Source of the DNA: Candidatus Binatia bacterium
GTDB taxonomy: Bacteria; Desulfobacterota; Binatia; UBA9968; JAJDTQ01
Assembly: GCA_963666515.2 (NCBI GenBank)
Contig: OY762897.2
Location: 960,001 to 1,024,000, forward strand
Length of the DNA stretch: 64,000 bases
Reading direction: 5' to 3'
Positions 8,585-17,147 of this stretch are shown here, piece after piece. Position 1 is the first letter of the stretch, and each line of letters opens with the position of its first letter. The notes under the pieces were generated by a model. The model had not been told where the DNA came from and made no database searches. It was given only the letters and a program-made list of their open reading frames with translations. Position numbers and translations under genes: made by a program.

Positions 8585-9910
8585 TCAGTGCGCCCGGCAG
8601 GTCCGCTCGGCGCCGCCCCACAGGTCGGTGGCGCCCAGGAGGGCGTCGGCGGCGTCGAGGCTCATGGGGTCGAAGGCCGACACCACCGGGGCGCCGGGGT
8701 AGTTGAGGACCTGCAACCGTTCGTAGGCGCCCACCACCCGTTCCGCGGCGGGCAGCTCCAGGGTGCGGTCCCGGGTCCCGGTGCTCACCACCGCATCGGC
8801 CGTGTCGTCGTAGAACAGGAGCGGCGAGTCCGTGCCGTCCCTGCCGCCGTACTCGTAGGTGACCAGCACCGTCTTGATCCCTTTCTGCTCACACGCGCGC
8901 ACGGTCAGCATCACCTCCAGGAAGGCGTTGCCGGAGCCGAGCCAGGTGATGAGCGCGGCTTCCGCTCCCAGCGCCCGTGCCACCTGGGCCGCGTTCTGTG
9001 CCGCCACCTCCTTTTCCCGGAAGCTCTCGAAGCGGATGCGCTGCAGGACGACGCCGGCGAAATCCAGCCGGCGGCCGTGCTCCCGGGACAGGCGCAGGGC
9101 CAGCGGATGGTTCTGCCAGTCCCAGGTGGTGGGGTAGTAGGCGATGGTCTTGAGGGTGTTGCCCGTCACCGCGCCGTCCAGCAGCTCGTTGGGGTGTACC
9201 ACCGTGGCCAGGGACTCGCGCACCGGCAGGCCGTAGTACCCCAGTCCGGTGGGCAGATGCTCCGACTCGGTGATGCAGCCCACGATCACCACGGTCTTGG
9301 GCAGACCGGGATTCCCGTGCGCCGCGCCGTGCGTTTCGACCGCCGCGGGCTCGGCGCCCAGGGTGGCCTCGGCGAGCCGTTGGGCAACCCGGTACTCCGC
9401 GGCCTGTATGGCCTGGTGGGCTTCGGCCTCGATCAGGTCCGGGGGCAGCCCGAAGGTCAGCACGAGGTGGGGGAGCCGGCTGAAACCCGTCAACTCGGCC
9501 CCCGGACCCCACATGTCCAGGATCGCGCTCCGCTGGGCGGTGGTGCCGGTGCGGACGGTGCCCTCGTACTCGGCCGCGGTCAGGAGCGTCATGCCGGAGA
9601 GCCGGTGGGTGCGGCCCGCGCCCACGGGAGCCACCGGGTTGGTGATGCCGGGGAACACCTGGCCGCCGCCGTCCGCCTTGACCCTGGGCTCCACCGAGTC
9701 GCGGATGCCGGTCACCCGTACCGGCTGGCCCGGCCGCACGATGTCGAGCCGGGCGGAGAGGATCCTGGGGTCCCGCGACGCGGTCTCCACCACCTCCGCC
9801 TCGTCCACCTCCAGGGCGCCGCCGGCGTACCGTAGCGTCCCGCCGAACCGGAGGTCCTCAACCGGGAACTCCGCGAGTTCCAGCGGCGTGGCGTGCCGGC
9901 CGCCGCTCAT
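8585..9910 (-). CDS. Glycine/sarcosine/betaine reductase component B proprotein-like subunit (GrdE/GrdG/GrdI family)
   Basis: ATG at 9910 overlaps the upstream stop (ATGA); IRDSVEPRVK, GRTHRL, ILDMWGPGA, HPNELLDGA, QNHP, AVVSTG family motifs. Confidence 0.85.
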   Translation of the reverse strand: MSGGRHATPLELAEFPVEDLRFGGTLRYAGGALEVDEAEVVETASRDPRILSARLDIVRPGQPVRVTGIRDSVEPRVKADGGGQVFPGITNPVAPVGAGRTHRLSGMTLLTAAEYEGTVRTGTTAQRSAILDMWGPGAELTGFSRLPHLVLTFGLPPDLIEAEAHQAIQAAEYRVAQRLAEATLGAEPAAVETHGAAHGNPGLPKTVVIVGCITESEHLPTGLGYYGLPVRESLATVVHPNELLDGAVTGNTLKTIAYYPTTWDWQNHPLALRLSREHGRRLDFAGVVLQRIRFESFREKEVAAQNAAQVARALGAEAALITWLGSGNAFLEVMLTVRACEQKGIKTVLVTYEYGGRDGTDSPLLFYDDTADAVVSTGTRDRTLELPAAERVVGAYERLQVLNYPGAPVVSAFDPMSLDAADALLGATDLWGGAERTCRAH

Positions 9911-11235
9911 GAGGCCGCGTCCGGCGTGAACACGGTGCTCTCCTCGACCTCTTCCTCGAGGGCCTGGAGGGCGGTCTCGACGATGGACTTGCGCAGCTTC
10001 TCGTCGACCTCCGGCGGCAGGCTCGGGTCGCCGCAGGGATGGGGGATCTTGACGCCCTTGACGATGCGGCTGGCGCCCACCTGCTCGGCGAGCGGGAACA
10101 TGGCGCTGATCATCGACACGGGAACTCCGGCACGGTCCAGTTCTTTGCTGATCACAGCTCCGCTGCGACTGCAGGTCCCTCACGTGCTGACCAACAGCGC
10201 GGCGTCCACGCTGTTGGCCTTCAACTCTGCGGCGATCTCCTGGCCCACCCGCTGCATGGCCGCAGGCGAGCCCTGGTTGCCGGGGATGACGTAGTAGGCG
10301 GGGTAGAGGTCGTCGTACTTCCCCTCCTGCTGCAGCTCCCGCAAGGCGTCGAGGGGGACGCCGTAGAGCGGATTGGCGTTCATGTTGGCCACGTTGTAAC
10401 CGCCGTGCACCGCCTCCCACATGCCCGGCTCCATGGTCTTCAACTCGGCCACCGGATACTTGCGCCAGAAGGTGTTGCGGAAGGTCTTGAAGCCGTCGGG
10501 ATTGCCCCACGGCACCACGCCGCTGGTGGTGACCAGCGCGATCTTGGCCTTGCCCACCTGCGCGACCGCGGCCGCGGGCGCCACCCGGTCCCAGGTCTGC
10601 ATCGGCACCTCGGTGGCGAAGGGCCTGCCCTCCAGCTTGTCGAACAGCATGTCGAGGGCGCGGTCGGCGCCGGTCCGGTCGCTTGTTTCCTGGATACGGA
10701 TGCCCCGCGGCAGATAGCCTTCGTCCTCGGCCGCAGCAACGGGCTCGTCGCGCAGCCGCTTGATGACGAACCGGGCCAAGTCCTCCAGGGCCTTGCCCAT
10801 GCCCGCGGCCGTTTCGGTCGTGGAGAAGAGGAACAGCCTGGGGTCATGGTATTCCCGGTACGTGTCCACCGCGGGATTGTCCTCGTGCATGGCGGTGACG
10901 CACACGCGGTCCAGCTCGGTCGCTGCCATGTGGCCGATCTCGACGCAGGCCAACCCGTAGCGCCCGGCATTGAAGGCTGGCCCCAGCACCACGATGTCCA
11001 CCGCGGCCGCGGTGACCTCCCGCAAGAGAGCCGCCCGCGCCTCCGCCGGCTTTTCGTGAAAGTGGTTGTCGCCGAAGTAGATGGTAGGAGCCACTTCCGC
11101 TTCGCCCTGGAGCAGCCGTTGCAGGCCGCGCGACGGGCCCGCGAGGGTGTCGAGGGTTCCGGCTGCCACATCGGCCTTTTCCTCCCCGCCGATTCCGGCG
11201 AAGAACTGGTTGACGACATGTGCCACGCGCTTCAT
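9907..11235 (-). CDS. Selenoprotein, glycine/betaine reductase selenoprotein B family (GrdB-like), Sec352, 442 aa
   Basis: NQFFAGIGGEEKAD, GPAFNAGRYG, HGGY; in-frame TGA at 10182-10180 reads ST-U-GTCSRSG and continues in frame into the C-terminus (IPHPCGDP); GGAAGGAGG before ATG 11235. Confidence 0.92.
10148..10174 (-). promoter_or_regulatory. Bacterial SECIS-like stem-loop
   Basis: mRNA CUG-CA-GUCGCAGC-GGA-GCUGUGAU-CAG; G-initiated loop 18 nt after the UGA. Confidence 0.75.
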
Positions 11236-11320
11236 GGTCCGCCTCCTTCCCCTGGGCCGATTGAACATTACCGACCACGGTAGCGAAGAGCCGAACTCCA
11301 CGCAAGGGAAGGGGAGAACC

Positions 11321-11351
11321 CTTGACGCGCCTTGACGACCTGACCTATAGG
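11321..11351 (+). promoter_or_regulatory. Promoter candidate with phased TTGAC direct repeats
   Basis: CTTGACgcgc CTTGACgacc TGACc TATAGG; TTGACG-N18-TATAGG. Confidence 0.45.
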
Positions 11352-11399
11352 GAGGTCGCACCCGGCGCGGCCTGGAAACACCACGGGAGGTGGCCCATC

Positions 11400-12629
11400 A
11401 TGGAGATGACGACGCGGCAGGAGAACGCGACTCTCACCCAGACAGGGCGCGGCACGCCCATGGGGGAGTTGCTCCGCCGTTACTGGTGGCCGGTGGGGAT
11501 ATCGGCGCATCTGAAGGACAAACCTACGTTCATCCGCGTCATGGGCGAGGACTTGGTGCTGTTCCGGGACGGCAAGGGTAGGGCGGGGGTGTTGGGGGCG
11601 TACTGCGCGCACCGGCGCGCGAACCTGTGCCTCGGCGACGTGGAGACGGGCGGCCTGCGCTGCCGCTACCACGGCTGGTTATACGACGTCGAAGGACGCG
11701 TTCTTCAAACTCCCGGCGAGCCGCCGGAAAGCACGCTCAAGGACGGCATCCGCCAGCTCGCGTACCCGGTGGAGGAGTTGGGAGGGCTCGTGTTCGCCTA
11801 TCTCGGACCGGAGCCGGCGCCGCTCCTGCCCCGGTACGATTTCCTCGTGGGTGACGGCGAGACCTACGTGACCGTGCAGGGCCTCCAGGACTGCAACTGG
11901 CTCCAGTGCGTGGAGAACGGGCTGGACCCGGTTCATCCGAGCTTCACCCACGGCGGCGCGTGGCCGGACATCCGCAGCACCGAGCCCGACCTGGGGTTCG
12001 AGGAGACCCAGTGGGGGCTCGTTTACAAGGCGTACCGCAAGTCGGACACGCCCGGAGAGTTCAACTACCGCGAGCACCACCTGCTCATGCCCGGCATAAG
12101 CTGCGGCGGCAGCGGCGGACGCTATCTCAAGGGTCCGTCCGGCGGCACCCCGGTTTCAGCGGCGCGCTGGAGCGTGCCCATCGACGACACACACACGCTG
12201 CTCATGCGGGTGCGGTTCAAGCCCGCGGACAACCCCGGCAAGTACGAGGGCGATCCGTTCAGCAAGCGCTGGAAGCCTCCCAGGGACTTCATCGAGCCCT
12301 ACAAGGAGTACCGGGACTCGGACACCCCGGTGCTCGGCTACGACATCCCGCCGCTCCACTTCATCGAGGACGGCATGGTGGTGGACAGCCTGGGGCCGCG
12401 GGTGGACCGGGAGAAGGAGAACCTCGGCCCCACCATCGACGACGGCATCATCCGCCTGCGCAGCATGTACCTCCGGGAAATGGAGAACGTGCGCCTCGGA
12501 CGCGATCCCAAGAACGTCATGCGGGATCCCGAGAAGAACCGGACGGTGGTCATCACGGCCTATGAGAGATGGGTTTCCGAAGCCGAGCGTCAGGAGCTCG
12601 AAGAATCGACTTCATCCTGGAGGGGGTAG
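11400..12629 (+). CDS. Rieske non-heme iron oxygenase alpha subunit (phthalate 4,5-dioxygenase/LigXa-like)
   Basis: GTPMGELLRRYW, CAH...CRYH Rieske ligands, ENGLDPVHPSFTH mononuclear Fe site. Confidence 0.9.
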   Translation: MEMTTRQENATLTQTGRGTPMGELLRRYWWPVGISAHLKDKPTFIRVMGEDLVLFRDGKGRAGVLGAYCAHRRANLCLGDVETGGLRCRYHGWLYDVEGRVLQTPGEPPESTLKDGIRQLAYPVEELGGLVFAYLGPEPAPLLPRYDFLVGDGETYVTVQGLQDCNWLQCVENGLDPVHPSFTHGGAWPDIRSTEPDLGFEETQWGLVYKAYRKSDTPGEFNYREHHLLMPGISCGGSGGRYLKGPSGGTPVSAARWSVPIDDTHTLLMRVRFKPADNPGKYEGDPFSKRWKPPRDFIEPYKEYRDSDTPVLGYDIPPLHFIEDGMVVDSLGPRVDREKENLGPTIDDGIIRLRSMYLREMENVRLGRDPKNVMRDPEKNRTVVITAYERWVSEAERQELEESTSSWRG

Positions 12630-12634
12630 GGGAG

Positions 12635-12952
12635 ATGACCGTCCACCACGTCAACGAGAACGGCGCCGAGATGGTCAGGACCGCACGGGGACAGACCAAA
12701 TACCTCTATCGCAACGAGGGAGGCGCAGGGCCGTCGATCATGATCCGCCACTGGGGGCCGGACACCGACATCCCGGTACACAGCCACCCGTTCAACGAGA
12801 TGTTCTACGTGCTGGAGGGGGAGGTGGAGATCGGCGATATCCTGTACACCGCGGGGTCGTGCGTGTTCATCGAGGGCGGGACGCCTTACGGTCCCACGCG
12901 CGCGCCCAAGGGCGTGAAGGTGCTGCGGTACGCGGAGGCCTACCAACGGTAG
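12635..12952 (+). CDS. Cupin domain protein
   Basis: PVHSHPFNEMFYVLEGE cupin motif 1; GGAG RBS. Confidence 0.85.
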   Translation: MTVHHVNENGAEMVRTARGQTKYLYRNEGGAGPSIMIRHWGPDTDIPVHSHPFNEMFYVLEGEVEIGDILYTAGSCVFIEGGTPYGPTRAPKGVKVLRYAEAYQR

Positions 12953-13040
12953 GCCGGCGCCGCAGGGCTCCGGCGCCATTCAGCGGGTTCACGGATTCGG
13001 GTCGAAGACGGTTTCATACGGCAGGAAAGGGGGAACGACG

Positions 13041-14132
13041 ATGAGGATACGCAAGCATTGGTTGTGTGCGTTCGCGATGGTCGGGCTCTTTCTCTTCGGG
13101 GCGCAGTCCGCGTACGGCGCCAACGCCTACGAGCAGCTCGTGGCCGCGTCCAAGGCCGAGATGGAAAAGACCGGCGGCAAGCTGAGGATGTCCCTGGACT
13201 GGCCCAAGCGGGACACCAAGAACGTGCTCCCGGCGTTCAGCAAGGCCTACCCGTTCATCAAGGAGATCTCCTACAAGCGCGAGGTCGGCATCGGGCCGTT
13301 CGGGCAGTTCCTCATCCAGTACAAGCAGGGCAAGAACCCGCCCTACGACATCATGCACATCGCCAGCGAGTTCCAGGCGCAGTACCTGAAGGAGGGCGCC
13401 TTCGTGAAGCCTCCGTTCAGCTACACGGAGTTGAACAAGCACATCCCTGCGGGTTGGCCGAAGCTCGATTCCAGGGCCATGGACCCCGCCGGGAACTTCC
13501 TTTCCACCACGGGCAACGTCAGGGGCAACGCCTACAATCCCACGCTGGTTCCCAAGGGCAAGGAGCCCACGGGCTGGGATGCCTGCCTCGATCCCATGTG
13601 GAAGGGGAAGTTCATGGTCGACACGCGGAACAAGCTCCAGGCGTTCCAGCATGATTCCAAGACGCGAGAGACGCACCTCAAGTGGCTCAAGGGGATCATC
13701 GCCAACGGCGCGGTGCTGACGCGCGGCCAGGGGACGATCCTGCGCAAGATCGCTTCCGGGGAGTTTCCGCTGGCGTGCGGCATCAACTACCACACGGCCA
13801 ACCGCATGATCGACAGCGGCGTGAAGAACCTCGTGTACACCCAGCCGGGCCCGGTTCCGCTCGAGATCGGCACGCGGGTGTACGTGGCCGAGTGGTCGAA
13901 GACGCCGGCCACCACCCAGCTCTGGGCGGTGTGGATCTCCACCGGCGGGCAGGACGTGCTTGAGAAGTACGCCTACCGCGGCTTCCCGTGGGATCCGTCG
14001 TCCAAGAAGTATCCCCTGGCCAAGGGGAAGGACGTCGCCATCTGCGGCGCCGATTGCGCGCGCAAGTGGGACAACTACAACCGCGAGTACCAGGAAATGC
14101 TGGGACTGCCCGCGGCCAAGAAAAAGAAGTGA
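13041..14132 (+). CDS. ABC transporter substrate-binding protein (AfuA/FbpA-like)
   Basis: Signal peptide, AYNPTLV..PTGWD..LDPMWKGK, IASGEF. Confidence 0.75.
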   Translation: MRIRKHWLCAFAMVGLFLFGAQSAYGANAYEQLVAASKAEMEKTGGKLRMSLDWPKRDTKNVLPAFSKAYPFIKEISYKREVGIGPFGQFLIQYKQGKNPPYDIMHIASEFQAQYLKEGAFVKPPFSYTELNKHIPAGWPKLDSRAMDPAGNFLSTTGNVRGNAYNPTLVPKGKEPTGWDACLDPMWKGKFMVDTRNKLQAFQHDSKTRETHLKWLKGIIANGAVLTRGQGTILRKIASGEFPLACGINYHTANRMIDSGVKNLVYTQPGPVPLEIGTRVYVAEWSKTPATTQLWAVWISTGGQDVLEKYAYRGFPWDPSSKKYPLAKGKDVAICGADCARKWDNYNREYQEMLGLPAAKKKK

Positions 14133-14145
14133 CGCCTGCCTCTCT

Positions 14146-14166
14146 GCGTCCGTCAGTCGCGGACGC
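14146..14166. terminator. GC hairpin between convergent genes
   Basis: GCGTCCG-N7-CGGACGC just after the SBP stop codon. Confidence 0.4.
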
Positions 14167-14193
14167 TGGGCAGTCGTCGTGACGGTGGATTCT

Positions 14194-14223
14194 CGTAGGG
14201 GCGACCCGCCGGTCGCCCCTGCG
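14194..14223 (+). repeat. REP-like palindrome, copy 1
   Basis: cGTAG-GGGCGAC-ccgccg-GTCGCCC-ctgcg. Confidence 0.7.
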
Positions 14224-14258
14224 GTCGCTGCATTCGGGCTGCCCGGACAGGCTCCCGG

Positions 14259-15074
14259 TCAGTCCGGCTGCGACAGGAAGTCGCCAACGAGCCGGTTGAA
14301 CCGCTCTGCCTGGTCCCAGAAGGCCCAGTGGCCGCAGTGGTTGAAGACGTGGAGTTCCGCGTCCGGGAGCGCCTCGAACAGCAGCACCCCCCTTTCCAGC
14401 GCCACGCCCCGGTCGTTCCTTCCCCAGATGAGCAGCGTCCGGTTCCGGATCTCCGACAGGCGTTCCCCCACGGGCTTCGAGGGAGGCGCCTCCCACCGCT
14501 TCACCATGGCGTCGAAACGGGATCCCGTGCTCATTTCATAACGTTCCGCCACCAGTTCGTCGGTGACCAATTCGCTCCTGAGCAGGGTCTTCAGGGTCAC
14601 CGCCCGCATGTTGTCGAGCGAAGGGGTGTATTCCCGCAACTCCTGGTTGTGCTTCTTTCCCTGGGCCACGGCCGCTGCCGATCCCGGCGGCGACAACGTG
14701 CCGCTGGAGATGAGGACCAGGCGCTGGGCTCGCGGGTCGTCCAGCGCGATTCTTGCCGCGATGTAGGCGCCCATGGAATTGCCGAGGAGATGGAAGCGTT
14801 CCAGCCCCAGCGCGTCGATGAACTTCCGTGCGTGGGTAACCCGGTACTCCATGGAGTAGTCGGCGGGGTTGTCGGTGTTCCCGAACCCGGCCTGGTCGAA
14901 GGCGTACAGGCACAGCCCCGAGGCGGCCAGCGGCTCCATGTTCAGCTTCCAGGCGACGAGGGAGCAGACACCGGGCGCACCCCCATGGATCATGACCACC
15001 GGATGCCCGCTTCCCGCGGTCAGGTAGAACGTCCTGAGCCCGTCGACTTCCAGGTACCGGTGCTCAATGGCCAT
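14259..15074 (-). CDS. Alpha/beta hydrolase, meta-cleavage product (C-C) hydrolase-like
   Basis: HGGAPG oxyanion loop, GNSMG nucleophile, WGRND, CGHWA. Confidence 0.85.
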   Translation of the reverse strand: MAIEHRYLEVDGLRTFYLTAGSGHPVVMIHGGAPGVCSLVAWKLNMEPLAASGLCLYAFDQAGFGNTDNPADYSMEYRVTHARKFIDALGLERFHLLGNSMGAYIAARIALDDPRAQRLVLISSGTLSPPGSAAAVAQGKKHNQELREYTPSLDNMRAVTLKTLLRSELVTDELVAERYEMSTGSRFDAMVKRWEAPPSKPVGERLSEIRNRTLLIWGRNDRGVALERGVLLFEALPDAELHVFNHCGHWAFWDQAERFNRLVGDFLSQPD

Positions 15075-15187
15075 GACAGCTCCTCCCATGCTCGTTCGCC
15101 GTCCTCTTGAACGGGGTTCTCCGGTCGTAGTAGAAGCCCCGCGAGAGCCATACAACATTGAACCTTCGCTGAAAAGATGAGGTCGGG

Positions 15188-16957
15188 ATGACCGCGGCAC
15201 CCTCAAGACCATCCGTCTCCGGCGGCGCACCGGGCTGGCTCGGGTGGGCGCGGGAGCATTCCGTGGCGGTGCTGAGCGTCGTGCTCACCGTATGGCTCGT
15301 CATCGTACCCCTCGCTACCCTGATCATCTTCAGCTTTCGCCTGGGCAACCCGTGGGAGCCGGGCGGCTTCACGCTCGATCACTACGCCAGCGCCTATTCC
15401 GATCCGCAAACCTGGTCGATGTTCTTCAACACGGCCCTGCTGGCGGTATTCAGCACCGCCATCTCCGTGGGGCTGGCGACCTTCTTCGCCTTTCTCACCG
15501 AACGCACCGACATGCCGTTCCGGAACGTCGCCTGGGGCCTGATCCTGGTGCCCATGGCCATGCCGGGGCTCCTGTTCGCGGTCTCCTGGACCTTCCTCCT
15601 CTCTCCGCAGATCGGTCTCTTCAACGTGTGGATGCGCAGCGCGGCGGGATGGTTCGGCGTGGAGCTGACCGCCGGGCCGCTGAACATCTACAGCCTCTGG
15701 GGCATGGTCCTGCTGGAGGGTCTGCGCGGCGTCACCACCACCTTCCTGATCATGGTGGGAGCCTTCCGGGCCATGGATCCCAGCCTGGAGGAGGCGGCAC
15801 GGGTCGCCGGCGCCTCCGGGCGCAGGACGTTCTTCGGCATCTTCCTGCCGCTGCTGACGCCGGCCATCCTGGGCGCCACCATGTACAGCTTCATGACCCA
15901 CCTGGAGTCGCTGGAGGTTCCGCTGGTCATCGGGCTGCCGGCGCGGATTCACGTATTCCCCACCTATATCTTCTATACGACACAGCGTTATACGCCTCCC
16001 GAGTACGGCCTCTCCGCGGCCCTCGGGGCCAGCTTCCTGCTGGTGAGCATCCTCCTGGTCTACGCGTACCGCTACGCCATGAGGCAGGAAGGGCGCTTCG
16101 CCACCATCACCGGGAAAGGGTACCGCCCGCGCGTGATGGCGCTGGGGAACTGGCGTTACGTCGCGTTCGCGGTCTTCTTCCTGTATTTCGCCCTCACGAT
16201 TCTGGCACCTAGCTTCGTCCTGCTCTGGAGCTCCCTCCTCCCGGTCTACATGACCCCTTCGTGGGAGCTGTTCTCCGACCTGAACCTGGAGCACTACCGG
16301 GAGATTTTCTCCGACAGCGATGTCTGGGACGCGACTGCCAACACCATCGCCGTCGCATTGGGCGCCGCCACCCTGACCATGCTCCTTTCCCTCGTCGTCG
16401 CCTGGGTCATCCTGCGGAAGCGCTTCCGGGGAAGGACGCTCCTCGACGCCGTCACGTTCCTGCCGCACGCCCTCCCGGGGGTGATCATCGCCATCGCCTT
16501 CATGTTCCTGTACCTCCAGCCGCCGTTCAGCGGACTGCGCCTCTACGGGACGGTGTGGATCATCGTGCTGGGACTCACCGTGAGCTACATCGCCTTCGGC
16601 AGCCGCAACATGACCGCGGCGCTGACCCAGGTCCACGTGGAATTGGAGGAGGCCAGCCACGTATCCGGCGGAAAATGGCTCACGCTCATGCGGCGGATCG
16701 TGCTGCCGCTGGTATTGCCCGCGTTCATCGGCGGCTGGATCTGGGTGGCGTCTCATTCCCTGCGCAACTTCTCCGTGCCGCTGATCCTGGCCACCCGCGA
16801 GAACTGGACGCTGTCGGTGATCATGTGGCGTTCCTGGGAGGACGGCTATCCGGGGCAGACCTCGGCCCTGGGTGTGCTCTTGATCGTTGCGCTGGCGGTG
16901 CTGACGGTGGGCGGCCGCTGGCTGGTGGCGCGCATGAGCCGGCGTCAGGAATCGTGA
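15188..16957 (+). CDS. ABC transporter permease, two fused TM domains (FbpB-like)
   Basis: Two EAA motifs (DPSLEEAARVAGA; ELEEASHVSGG), ERTDMP, TITGKGYRP. Confidence 0.9.
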   Translation: MTAAPSRPSVSGGAPGWLGWAREHSVAVLSVVLTVWLVIVPLATLIIFSFRLGNPWEPGGFTLDHYASAYSDPQTWSMFFNTALLAVFSTAISVGLATFFAFLTERTDMPFRNVAWGLILVPMAMPGLLFAVSWTFLLSPQIGLFNVWMRSAAGWFGVELTAGPLNIYSLWGMVLLEGLRGVTTTFLIMVGAFRAMDPSLEEAARVAGASGRRTFFGIFLPLLTPAILGATMYSFMTHLESLEVPLVIGLPARIHVFPTYIFYTTQRYTPPEYGLSAALGASFLLVSILLVYAYRYAMRQEGRFATITGKGYRPRVMALGNWRYVAFAVFFLYFALTILAPSFVLLWSSLLPVYMTPSWELFSDLNLEHYREIFSDSDVWDATANTIAVALGAATLTMLLSLVVAWVILRKRFRGRTLLDAVTFLPHALPGVIIAIAFMFLYLQPPFSGLRLYGTVWIIVLGLTVSYIAFGSRNMTAALTQVHVELEEASHVSGGKWLTLMRRIVLPLVLPAFIGGWIWVASHSLRNFSVPLILATRENWTLSVIMWRSWEDGYPGQTSALGVLLIVALAVLTVGGRWLVARMSRRQES

Positions 16958-17021
16958 GGGTCCAGGCGCGGGAAGCTTGGTTGACGGCGGGAATGGCGCT
17001 AAGTTAATGGAAACGTCCTGT

Positions 17022-17108
17022 GCCGGGATGGTGGAATGGGTAGACACACGGGACTTAAAATCCCGCGGGCCTCGGCCTGTGCCGGTTCAAGTCCGGCTCC
17101 CGGCACCA
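17022..17108 (+). tRNA. tRNA-Leu (UAA)
   Basis: GCCGGGA/TCCCGGC acceptor stem, anticodon loop CTTAAAA, long variable arm, GGTTCAAG, encoded CCA. Confidence 0.95.
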
Positions 17109-17147
17109 GCATTCGGAATGACGGAGGGGCCGGAATGACGATGGGGG

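Noticed and set aside
9907-10155. Separate 82-aa gene, or grdB as a nonsense pseudogene
   Set aside because: It is in frame with the upstream ORF across a TGA at the family's Sec position and is followed by a SECIS-like hairpin, so it is best read as one selenoprotein
9911-10510. 200-aa N-terminal extension of the 641-aa ORF
   Set aside because: Alternative frame over grdB; family similarity starts at ATG 9910
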